A stretch of 64,000 bases of DNA from Candidatus Moraniibacteriota bacterium (GCA_049303905.1 JBAQNP010000005.1:61655-125654), one strand, 5' to 3'; shown: positions 48,595 through 57,013, counted from the first letter of the stretch. The notes: generated by a model not told the origin, from the sequence alone. A program made the numbers and translations.

Positions 48595-49092
48595 TTAGAT
48601 CAAAAACTTCTTTTTATTCTCACTTAAGTTGATGAAAGCATCTAATTCTTCGACAAGTTTTCCGCTAGTGGACTCGCTAAAAGCAATGCCTTCGACGCGA
48701 CAGCCGGTAGTGGATTGAATATATTTGACAAGCGGAATATAGTCTCCATCACCTGAGACAAGCACAATTACATCCAAACTTTTGGACATTTTGATAGCAT
48801 CAATGGCAATTCCAACGTCCCAGTCGCCTTTTTTGGCACCACCGGGAAAAATTTGAAGATCCTTAGTTTTGACTTCATAGCCAACTTTTTCCAAAGCTTC
48901 AAAGAATTTTTCCTCTTGGCCTTCTAGGGTTTTGATTCCATAGGCAATAGCGCGGATGAGTTTTCGGTCCCCGACAGCTTCTTTTAGGATTTGTCCAAAG
49001 CTAACTTTCTTTTTATGCAAAACTTTGGCGCTATAATAGAGATTTTGAATGTCCACCAAGACACCCACTCTTTGCTCTTTGTATATGCTCAT
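48595..49092 (-). CDS. NYN-domain (LabA/DUF88-like) protein
   Basis: VGVLVDIQNLYYS…, IVLVSGDGDYIPLV. The PIN-like acidic residues are present. Confidence 0.6.
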   Translation of the reverse strand: MSIYKEQRVGVLVDIQNLYYSAKVLHKKKVSFGQILKEAVGDRKLIRAIAYGIKTLEGQEEKFFEALEKVGYEVKTKDLQIFPGGAKKGDWDVGIAIDAIKMSKSLDVIVLVSGDGDYIPLVKYIQSTTGCRVEGIAFSESTSGKLVEELDAFINLSENKKKFLI

Positions 49093-49106
49093 ATAGTATA
49101 AATTTC

Positions 49107-49240
49107 AGAAAAATAGTTTTTAGAGATTAGAAAATAGTTCAGGAAACTTGAAATTAGAAAATAGAATCAAAAAATATCCTTTTTCAATTTTCTTTTTTCT
49201 TGAGCTAACTTCCACTTTCCTTTTTACTTATTTCTTGTGG
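49107..49240. repeat. ~130-bp dispersed repeat, first copy
   Basis: …tagaaaatagttcaggaaacttgaaattagaaaatagaatc…ctaacttccactttcctttttacttatttctt. It aligns along its length with 58999-59130. Confidence 0.75.
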
Positions 49241-49241
49241 T

Positions 49242-49526
49242 CTATCCTTTTAAATCAAGCTTTTTAATCAAAGTTTTGTAGGCTTTTTCGTTGGTTTTTT
49301 GCAAGTATCCCATTAGTTTCTTTCTTTTAGAAACCATTTTCAAAAGTCCTCGGCGAGAATGAAAGTCCTTGGCATTCTTTTTGAGGTGAGTGGTGAGTTT
49401 TTTGATTTGTTCTGAGAAAAGGGCGATTTGGTATTCTGGAGAACCAGTATCCTTTTCGTGGCGAGCTACTTCCTTAGTTACTTTCTGCTTTTGTTTGGCG
49501 CTTAGAGCCATAGTTTTTTCGGCCAA
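49242..49526 (-). CDS. rpsO: 30S ribosomal protein S15
   Basis: …HEKDTGSPEYQIALFSEQIKKLTTHLKKNAKDFHSRRGLLKMVSKR… is the S15 consensus. The rpsO-pnp linkage supports the call. Confidence 0.9.
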   Translation of the reverse strand: MAEKTMALSAKQKQKVTKEVARHEKDTGSPEYQIALFSEQIKKLTTHLKKNAKDFHSRRGLLKMVSKRKKLMGYLQKTNEKAYKTLIKKLDLKG

Positions 49527-49656
49527 ACACTCGTTGCGAGAACTTCCCCCTCGAAAAACCAGTGTCGGCTAGTTAGAATTATTATATATCAATATTACAA
49601 TATAATTTAAGTTTTGGCAAATTTTTGGAATATTGAAATAAAAAAGAAGAAGGGCA

Positions 49657-49690
49657 TCTAAATTTTAGAAATTTAGATGCCCTTGTATGT
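49657..49690. terminator. Perfect 15-bp-stem hairpin terminator (AAGGGCATCTAAATTT…AAATTTAGATGCCCTT)
   Basis: Read directly. It separates the retron-RT transcription unit from the rpsO promoter region. Confidence 0.65.
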
Positions 49691-49715
49691 CTTCAGCCGT
49701 TTGGCTGGTTGTTTC

Positions 49716-50045
49716 CCCAGAAAGCTTAGAGGGTTGTCTCAACGACAAGGGGAGATTTGGGTCTTTCATTGCCGCGCTTTAATTTTAAATCCTCTCGAGT
49801 CGCCGATATCGGTAAAGATATGTGAAACACGCGAAGATACTCAAAAAAAACGTTCGCAAAGATCTTCAAGGGGAAGAAAAATGCTAGGCGATATGGGACA
49901 TTCCCTGACGAAACTTTCGGTTTCCGGAAATTCCCTCTACGCCATTTGAATGACGCAGATGTTTCTTACTGCTGGACTGAAAAAGGTATAAAATTTCATA
50001 CCTTCCCAATCAATCTCCCAATAAAGCCCTCTAAGCTTCTGATGT
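49716..50045. ncRNA. Candidate structured ncRNA bounded by a long-range inverted repeat, adjacent to the retron-type RT; possibly an msr/msd-like template RNA
   Basis: CAGAAAGCTTAGAGGG (49719-49735) is the reverse complement of CCCTCTAAGCTTCTG (50028-50042), with ~290 bp between. The segment is non-coding, GC-elevated, and has several local hairpins. Confidence 0.35.
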
Positions 50046-50066
50046 TTTAATCTTAGCAGAGTTTAT

Positions 50067-51161
50067 TTATTTGTGAAGTTTCCGCATTTCTCTAAATTTC
50101 AGGACAACTTCACTTTCTGATTTGTGACGGAAGGCATAAGGACTTCTTTTTCGCGTCACTGAGAAAAAAGCTCCCATCATACCTTGAATGATTTCAAAAG
50201 GTATGAGACCTTTTTCATAAAGATGTATTGCCCCATTAATTTTCCTGAGATAATTTCTGGGCAAAAAAGTTTCTCCTCTAAATTTCAATCCCACGCCGGT
50301 GATTATAATCTGGCGTTTCTCTGCCAAATCAATTACGGCTGATTTTTTGTGACTGATTTGCAGTCCGGCATCAATAATTACTTGGCGAATTTTTTTTCGC
50401 ACTCTTTTTCCGATTGGCTTCAAAGAAGAAAAAGCCAAATCATCAAGAAATCTGGTAAAACGAAGATCATTTTTTTCACAAATCTCCGCTAATGGCGCAT
50501 CTAATAAATACGCCGCAAAGATGTTTGCTAGATCTACTGAAGCTGGCGCGCCGGTTTTTAGTCCCGTGCCAGACTTCAAGAAGCAATATTTTTTCAAGAA
50601 TTTGGAGAGTTTTTTTCTATTTTCCCAAGTTGTCATACAGAGAATATCCAGTAGTCTATCTCCGTCAATGTTATTATAGAAGCTATGAATATCGAGGAGA
50701 TAAAAATATCTTCCGTTCTTATGCTTTTCTACATTTCTCAGTGGACTCCAGCCGGTGATTCCACCGGTGGCAAAACGAAGGCCAACTGGAAGCTCGTTTA
50801 TCAATTCTTTACTTCTCAGAACATTTCGAACAAATGCGCGATGAATTAAGCGCATAGTGAGGTTTGGATTGTGGATAGTCCGAAATTTACGGGTATTTTT
50901 TATTGGATTGAAATCTTCCAACTTATATACTCTGAATTTCGGAGACTGAAAAGTGAAAAAACAGAAATAAAAGTAGAAAATCCAAAAATTCAAACTTGCT
51001 TGAATTTCCTTGACTTCGAAATCCGGTTTTTTTCCGAAAAAAATCTGATATAAATTGTCAAATAACATAGGTCGCCCCCTTATTATTGAATGTTTTTTTA
51101 TTTGTTTTAGTTTAAAGCAGAATAGCAGAACAGGGCATAATTGGCAAGTTTTTGGCGACAA
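50067..51161 (-). CDS. Retron-type reverse transcriptase
   Basis: RT motif 1 RKFRTIHNP. Motif 2 TGGITGWSPLRNVEKH (the retron NAxxH). Motif 3 YFYLLDIHSFY. Motif 4 GLKTGAPASVDLANIF. Motif 5 FLDDLAFS (the YADD-equivalent). The retron VTG motif appears as IITGVG. The true start may be Met32. Confidence 0.7.
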   Translation of the reverse strand: MSPKTCQLCPVLLFCFKLKQIKKHSIIRGRPMLFDNLYQIFFGKKPDFEVKEIQASLNFWIFYFYFCFFTFQSPKFRVYKLEDFNPIKNTRKFRTIHNPNLTMRLIHRAFVRNVLRSKELINELPVGLRFATGGITGWSPLRNVEKHKNGRYFYLLDIHSFYNNIDGDRLLDILCMTTWENRKKLSKFLKKYCFLKSGTGLKTGAPASVDLANIFAAYLLDAPLAEICEKNDLRFTRFLDDLAFSSLKPIGKRVRKKIRQVIIDAGLQISHKKSAVIDLAEKRQIIITGVGLKFRGETFLPRNYLRKINGAIHLYEKGLIPFEIIQGMMGAFFSVTRKRSPYAFRHKSESEVVLKFREMRKLHK

Positions 51162-51190
51162 AGTTCCTAGTGTGGTAAGATGAGATTATT

Positions 51191-54100
51191 ATGCATGAAA
51201 TATTGGAAAAACTTAATGCTCCGCAAAGAGAGGCGGTGACGACGACGGAAGGGCCGGTTCTCATTATTGCGGGGGCAGGATCGGGGAAAACGCGCGCACT
51301 AACACACAGGGTGGCGTATTTGATTTGTGAAAAAAAGATTAGTCCTCGAAGAATTTTGGCGGTGACTTTTACTAATAAAGCGGCGGGAGAGATGAAGGAA
51401 AGGATTAGGGAATTACTTAGTGCAAATACGCGAATTGATGCGAATGATGCGAATGACCTCACCCCCAGCCCCTCTCCTTATAAAGGAGAGGGTAGCCAAT
51501 ATGATATGCCAACAGTCGGAACTTTTCATTCTATCTGCGTGAGGATTTTGCGTCATGAGATTGAGAAGATGGGATATAAAAGCTCTTTTAATATTTTTGA
51601 TGATCAAGATCAGCTGGCTCTCATGAAAAAAGTGATGAAAGAAATGGAAATTAACACCGATCAATTCAAACCAAAAGCAATTCTTGGCGCAATTTCCAAT
51701 GCGAAAAATGAACTCAAGAGTGCGGAGGAATTTTTAGCAGGAGTGGGTGGATATTTTGAAGAGATGGTGGCCAAGATTTATCTGAACTATCAAAAAAAAT
51801 TGAAAGATCAAGGTGCTTTGGATTTTGATGATATCTTGATGATTATAGTGAAGCTTTTCCAAAAGTTTCCAGAAGTTTTGGAAAAGTATCAGAATTTTTT
51901 TCAGTATATTATGGTAGACGAATATCAAGATACTAACCGCGCGCAATATTTGTTGGTAAAATTGTTGTCGGAAAAATATAAAAATTTGTGTGTGGTGGGT
52001 GATGATTGGCAATGTTTTCCGAGGGGAATAAAAATATCAGTGGATGACAAAAAAACCAAAAATATTGAGAAAATAAGAAAAGGAGATGCAATTATGTCAG
52101 CTTCAGGGCAAGGTGAGATTTGCCCTCAATCGATAGAAAGAAATAAAAAATCTAAATTCAAGGGAGAGCTAATAAAAATCACGACAAAATCAGGTAAAAG
52201 TTTAATGGCTACACCTAACCATATTCTTTTTTCTAAATTATCTTTAAGCGCAAATATATTCTATGTATATTTAATGTATAAAAAAGAGATAGGATATCGT
52301 ATTGGAATGGTAAAGGGAATTAGGATAGTTAAATCAAATGGACTTAATGCGGGATTAAATGTCAGGGCTAATCAAGAACGAGCAGACAGGATGTGGATTT
52401 TGAAAATTTGCCAGACAAAAACCCAAGCGCAATACTGGGAGCAATATCTTGGATTTTTTTATGGTATTCCGACGTTGGTTTTTATTGCGGGCAGTGGAAG
52501 AAAAATGAAATTTGAGCAAAAATATTTGGATGATTTGTATAAAAATATTAATACCTTAGAAAGAGTTAAGAAAATATTTTTAGATTTTAATTTAAATTTT
52601 GATTATCCTCATCATATTCCGCAATCAACCATAAGAAGTGGAATAAAAAGAGTTTCTGTTAACTTTACTTTATTTAGCGATCGCAGAAAAGGAATTTCAA
52701 TTAGCAATTGGGGAAGACACAGGATAAGCATTAATTCGAATGACAAAGAGACTAAAAAAATACTAGAGTTAGCTGGTTTCAAAACGAGAAAAGGAAAGAA
52801 GAATGATTGGCGATTGGAAATTTCTAGCAGAAAATATGAGGAAATGGAAAAGGTTCTAAATAAAATTATAAAAATTATTCCTAATATAGTGGTCACCAAA
52901 AGAGCGCTCTTAGCGGGAGGCAAAAGATTTTATTTTCAACCGGCGGGACATATCAGAGAAACAATGCTCGTGCCTATTTTAGAAAAAGGAAAAATTATTG
53001 AAGAGGAGATAGAAAAAGTTGAAAAAATAAAATATGCTGGTCCGGTTTATGATTTAGATGTAGCAAATGTGCATAATTATATTGCAAATAATTTTGTGGT
53101 GCATAATTCAATTTATGGATGGCGAGGAGCCAATATTCAAAATATTTTAGATTTTGAAAAAGATTATCCGCAGGCGCGCGTGATTAAGTTGGAGCAGAAT
53201 TATCGCTCGACGCAAAATATTTTAGACGCGGCTTATGGTGTGATTTCAAAAAACATTAATCGCAAGGACAAAAAAATTTGGACGGATAATCAAAGCGGGC
53301 ATCTTCTTTCTAGTTTTGAAGCAGAAGATGAAAAAGAAGAAGCACAGTTTATTGTGGATGAGATAAAAAAAATATGTCATCCTGAACTTGTTTCAAAATC
53401 TAATGAGGAGATTCCGGATCAAGTCCGGAATGACAAATACAGATTTTCCGATTTTGTAGTTCTCTATCGAACCAATGCGCAGTCTCGAATGATTGAAGAA
53501 GCGATGCTTCGAAATTCTATTCCGTACCGAATTATTGGCGGGGTAAAATTCTACCAAAGAAAAGAAATTAAAGATGTGATTGCATATCTGCGAGTGATTA
53601 ATAATTTTAATGATGAAACTTCGCTGGAACGAATTATTAATGAACCGAAGCGAGGGATAGGCGATGTAACACTGAGCAAGTGGATAAAAATAGCTCGATT
53701 AGATGAAAATAATTTAATAGATGCAGGGATTAAAATTAAACAGTTGCAAGATACAAAATACAAGATACAAGATACAAGACTGGATGCAATTGTGAAATTT
53801 TGCGAATTCATTCAGAGAATGTCAGAGCTCAAAGAAAAATTATCTCTTACTGATTTTATCCAAAAAATTTATAGTGAATCGGGGTATGAAAGATTTCTTA
53901 TGGACGGAACTGAAGAGGGAGAAATGAGAAATGAAAATGTTAGAGAGCTTCTCACTGTTGCAAAGAAATATGACGAGTATGAACCAATGGAAAGTTTGAA
54001 ATTATTTTTAGAAGAAGTAGCTTTGGTTTCTGACACGGATAATATTGATCAAGCTGTTGATGCGGTACATCTTATGACACTTCACAGTGCTAAAGGTTTA

Positions 54101-54577
54101 GAATTTAAAATTGTTTTTATTGCTGGGCTCGAAGAAGGGATTTTGCCACATTCCAGAAGTATGCTTAGCGACTCTGAAATGGAAGAAGAGAGACGCCTGA
54201 TGTATGTGGGAATCACGCGCGCTATGGAAAAAGTCTATTTGCTTTTTACTCGTATGCGAAATATTTTTGGTTCCACACAGATTAATGCTTCTTCAAGATT
54301 TTTGGAAGATGTGCCGGAGCATCTACTTGAGTCATATAACATGAAGCATGAAACATGTAACAAAAAACAAAGTGATAAGATTAGGCAAGGTTCGGAAAAA
54401 AATGCTTCATGCTTCATGCTTCATGCTTCATGTTTTAAGGACGGTGATCGGGTGCGACATGAGGTTTTTGGTGATGGCTTGATTGTTGCGAGTCAAGGCG
54501 ACATAATCACCGTCGCCTTTTCCAAGGCGGGACTCAAAAAACTTTCTACTTCAATCGCACACTTAGAAAAAATATAA
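51191..54577 (+). CDS. pcrA: ATP-dependent DNA helicase PcrA/UvrD, interrupted by an intein and carrying an in-frame palindromic insertion
   Basis: Walker A AGAGSGKTR. Motifs Ia, II (DEYQD) and IV-VI are present. Motif III reads VVGDDWQ|intein|SIYGWRGA. The N-terminal insert TPSPSPYKGEG is encoded by the palindromic element. Confidence 0.85.
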   Translation: MHEILEKLNAPQREAVTTTEGPVLIIAGAGSGKTRALTHRVAYLICEKKISPRRILAVTFTNKAAGEMKERIRELLSANTRIDANDANDLTPSPSPYKGEGSQYDMPTVGTFHSICVRILRHEIEKMGYKSSFNIFDDQDQLALMKKVMKEMEINTDQFKPKAILGAISNAKNELKSAEEFLAGVGGYFEEMVAKIYLNYQKKLKDQGALDFDDILMIIVKLFQKFPEVLEKYQNFFQYIMVDEYQDTNRAQYLLVKLLSEKYKNLCVVGDDWQCFPRGIKISVDDKKTKNIEKIRKGDAIMSASGQGEICPQSIERNKKSKFKGELIKITTKSGKSLMATPNHILFSKLSLSANIFYVYLMYKKEIGYRIGMVKGIRIVKSNGLNAGLNVRANQERADRMWILKICQTKTQAQYWEQYLGFFYGIPTLVFIAGSGRKMKFEQKYLDDLYKNINTLERVKKIFLDFNLNFDYPHHIPQSTIRSGIKRVSVNFTLFSDRRKGISISNWGRHRISINSNDKETKKILELAGFKTRKGKKNDWRLEISSRKYEEMEKVLNKIIKIIPNIVVTKRALLAGGKRFYFQPAGHIRETMLVPILEKGKIIEEEIEKVEKIKYAGPVYDLDVANVHNYIANNFVVHNSIYGWRGANIQNILDFEKDYPQARVIKLEQNYRSTQNILDAAYGVISKNINRKDKKIWTDNQSGHLLSSFEAEDEKEEAQFIVDEIKKICHPELVSKSNEEIPDQVRNDKYRFSDFVVLYRTNAQSRMIEEAMLRNSIPYRIIGGVKFYQRKEIKDVIAYLRVINNFNDETSLERIINEPKRGIGDVTLSKWIKIARLDENNLIDAGIKIKQLQDTKYKIQDTRLDAIVKFCEFIQRMSELKEKLSLTDFIQKIYSESGYERFLMDGTEEGEMRNENVRELLTVAKKYDEYEPMESLKLFLEEVALVSDTDNIDQAVDAVHLMTLHSAKGLEFKIVFIAGLEEGILPHSRSMLSDSEMEEERRLMYVGITRAMEKVYLLFTRMRNIFGSTQINASSRFLEDVPEHLLESYNMKHETCNKKQSDKIRQGSEKNASCFMLHASCFKDGDRVRHEVFGDGLIVASQGDIITVAFSKAGLKKLSTSIAHLEKI
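52013..53107 (+). mobile_element. Intein (365 aa) inside pcrA motif III, with a central endonuclease-like region
   Basis: Starts at Cys1 (CFPRG…). Block B TPNH. C-terminal blocks VYDLDVANVHNYIANNFVVHN followed by +1 Ser. Excision restores the canonical GDDxQSIYGWRGA. Confidence 0.8.
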
Positions 54578-54617
54578 AAAAAGTAGAATGTAGAAAGTAT
54601 AATGTATAAAGTAATTA

Positions 54618-54648
54618 AAAAATCCCCCCTCGGGGATTTTTTAATTTG
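54618..54648. terminator. Rho-independent bidirectional terminator (AAAAAATCCCCCCTCGGGGATTTTTT)
   Basis: Read directly. It lies between the convergent pcrA and the LysM-CHAP gene. Confidence 0.75.
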
Positions 54649-54659
54649 TGTATTTTGCT

Positions 54660-54700
54660 TACTACTTCCTACTTCCTACTTCCTACTTCCTACTTTCCAC
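54660..54700. repeat. Heptamer tandem array (TACTTCC)x5
   Basis: cttcctacttcctacttcctacttcctactttccactt. An imperfect inverted counterpart (GTAGAAA/GTATAAA)n lies at 54585-54615, on the other side of the terminator. Confidence 0.8.
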
Positions 54701-55693
54701 TTAGTATATGAATCCTTTAATCACCCTAGATTTTGAATCCAAAGTTCGGGTACTTTTCTTGGCAAATTTAACATAATTCATTTCGGAAACAGTAATAGAA
54801 TTGCCGGAAACTTTTTCAACGATTGCTACATGTCCCCACCAAGATTCGGAAGTCACCATAATTGCTCCAACGCGTGGAGATCTTCCTGTAGAATAACCCG
54901 CGGCTTTAGCATGGTATAGCCAAGTACCAGCGTTTCCGCCCCATGGGACATATCTTTTTTGTGCGACATACCAAGTACAATAGCCATAAGGGAATCGATG
55001 TCCTGTTCCAGCTTTGCCATCAAGTTTTTTTCCAGCAGAGAATGATTCATAAGGACGCTCAGCAATATTGAGCGGACTGGAAACAGAAGGAGTAGGACGC
55101 GGAACTTCTTTTTGCCCGTCAGGAATAGTAATTTCTTGACCAACTTCTAAATCTCCATTGGCGGGTAGATTATTGAAAGAAATAATCTTATTTTTATCCG
55201 CTTTATATTTTGAGGCGATATTATCAATTGTTTCTCCACTTTTGACTTTATGGTTAAGACCAGATACTGGCAAAATAAAGATTTTGTCGCCTGGTTTTAT
55301 AGAATCGACATTATCCAACTCATTAGACCATAAAATAGTGTTAATGGAAATATGATTAGCTGCAGCAATTGCGCCGACAGTATCCCCTTCTTTCACTTCA
55401 TAAATAATAACACCACCATCTTCTTCCGGATCTTTTTTGATAGGGCTATTACCAGCAACTAGGGCTTGTCCTTGAATTATCATTGATTCATCTTCGCGTT
55501 CTAAGCGGGCATTTTTAGGATCAGGCAATGTTTTAGCTTTGGATAGTCCGGCCAGAGTCGCACTGTTTTTTTCTGCAGTTTTCAAGAACATCGTGTCTTT
55601 TAAGGGATTTTCGTAGTTTTCATTTTCGCCAAAATAGCCAAACAAAAAACCACTGGACTCACGTCCTGCGGCTAGATTAGTAGCCGAAACCAA
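54701..55693 (-). CDS. Peptidoglycan hydrolase with two LysM domains and a C-terminal CHAP domain
   Basis: LysM-like segments (…GDTVGAIAAANHISINTI…; …GETIDNIASKYKADKNKI…). CHAP residues in …YGYCTWYV…GHVAIV…. The ORF uses a TTG start and is preceded by a hydrophobic stretch, so a signal peptide is likely. Confidence 0.65.
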   Translation of the reverse strand: MVSATNLAAGRESSGFLFGYFGENENYENPLKDTMFLKTAEKNSATLAGLSKAKTLPDPKNARLEREDESMIIQGQALVAGNSPIKKDPEEDGGVIIYEVKEGDTVGAIAAANHISINTILWSNELDNVDSIKPGDKIFILPVSGLNHKVKSGETIDNIASKYKADKNKIISFNNLPANGDLEVGQEITIPDGQKEVPRPTPSVSSPLNIAERPYESFSAGKKLDGKAGTGHRFPYGYCTWYVAQKRYVPWGGNAGTWLYHAKAAGYSTGRSPRVGAIMVTSESWWGHVAIVEKVSGNSITVSEMNYVKFAKKSTRTLDSKSRVIKGFIY

Positions 55694-56026
55694 GAAAGCG
55701 CTCGAAACAACAACGGCAAAAGCTGAATAGTTTCGAAACAGATGCAGACCCTTTATAGTTTGATGTTCCTTGATAAAGGTTGCGACAATTTTCTGTTTGA
55801 TATGAACCTGGTTTCTTATAAGTTGTAGATTTTCTCGAATATGAAGTTTTCTAACTGCTTCTATTAGTTTACTAATAGGGTTGGTCTTTCTTGTGGTTTT
55901 GATTTGAAAAAGCCTTATAAAAAGGCATCTTTCTCTTCTAAAACCCTAATATTTACTTCTAAAACAGTATAGCTTGTTAACGACTTTTTGTCAAACGTAA
56001 ATTATGAGGTATAATGAAATTAATTA

Positions 56027-57013
56027 ATGTCGCATAATATGAATATTAGAGATTATAAAACTCAATTTTTGGAATATTTGGAAGTGGAAAAACAGCGTTC
56101 ACCTAAAACGATTGAAAATTATGATCGTTATTTGGAAAAATTCTTAGTTTGGGCAAAAATTAGTGATCCAAAGGGTATTAATGATGATCTAATCCGAAGT
56201 TTTCGCCTCTATCTTAATCGATTTCAAAATGAAAAAGGCCAAAATATCAAGAGAATCACGCAAAATTATTACATTATTGCTATTCGATGTTTTTTAAAGT
56301 ATCTAGCCAAGAGAGACGTCAAAACTTTGCAGGCGGAAAAGGTAGAAATTGGAAAAACGCCAGAGCGAGAGGTGGATTTCTTGGAAAATAGCGAAGTGGA
56401 GAGGATTTTGGAGTCAGCTGGTGGGGTAAGCTTCAAATCTTTGCGTGATCGAGCCATTATGGAATTGCTTTTCTCAGCTGGACTTCGGGTTTCGGAATTA
56501 ACTAGCATTAATCGGGATAAATTGAATCTGAAAAGTGGAGAATTAAGTGTGCGAGGCAAAGGCAATAAGATTCGGGTAGTTTTTATCTCAGACACAGCTT
56601 CGGCGTCTCTTCGAGAATATCTCAAGAAAAGGGAAGATATTGATCCAGCTTTATTTGTGCGAGATGTGAAAGGTTTGGCGAAATTTAAGAAAAAAAATAA
56701 ATCCGCTGTAGAGACGAGGCAGTGCCTCGTCTCTATCAAGGATGATAATAATCTCCGCCTCACTCCGCGTTCTATTCAGCGAATTGTGAAATACTATGCT
56801 CTAAAGGCCGGAATCGTAAAAGATGTCCATCCGCATACCTTGCGTCATTCTTTTGCTACGGATCTTTTGATGAATGGAGCGGATATTCGCTCTGTTCAAG
56901 CAATGCTTGGCCATGCTTCGATCAATACTACTCAAATTTATACTCATGTTACCAATCCCCATCTCAAAGAGGTCCATCAGGCCTTCCATGCCAGAAGAAG
57001 GAAAAAAGATTGA
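56027..57013 (+). CDS. xerD: Tyrosine site-specific recombinase of the XerC/XerD family, with a palindromic in-frame insert
   Basis: Catalytic box HPHTLRHSFATDLLMNGADIRSVQAMLGHASINTTQIYTHV. The N-terminal SAM-like domain is present. A 27-bp perfect palindrome at 56709-56735 encodes AVETRQCLV. Confidence 0.8.
   Translation: MSHNMNIRDYKTQFLEYLEVEKQRSPKTIENYDRYLEKFLVWAKISDPKGINDDLIRSFRLYLNRFQNEKGQNIKRITQNYYIIAIRCFLKYLAKRDVKTLQAEKVEIGKTPEREVDFLENSEVERILESAGGVSFKSLRDRAIMELLFSAGLRVSELTSINRDKLNLKSGELSVRGKGNKIRVVFISDTASASLREYLKKREDIDPALFVRDVKGLAKFKKKNKSAVETRQCLVSIKDDNNLRLTPRSIQRIVKYYALKAGIVKDVHPHTLRHSFATDLLMNGADIRSVQAMLGHASINTTQIYTHVTNPHLKEVHQAFHARRRKKD

Noticed and set aside
49677-49949. 90-aa plus ORF in the noncoding region 3' of the retron RT
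   Set aside because: It has no homology features and overlaps predicted hairpins. The region is better explained as structured RNA. Retained as an ncRNA candidate instead.
50941-51190. Canonical upstream msr/msd between the RT start and pcrA
   Set aside because: Only ~30-120 bp are available, depending on the RT start codon. The segment is AT-rich without an obvious long inverted repeat. The IR-bounded region downstream of the RT is the better ncRNA candidate.
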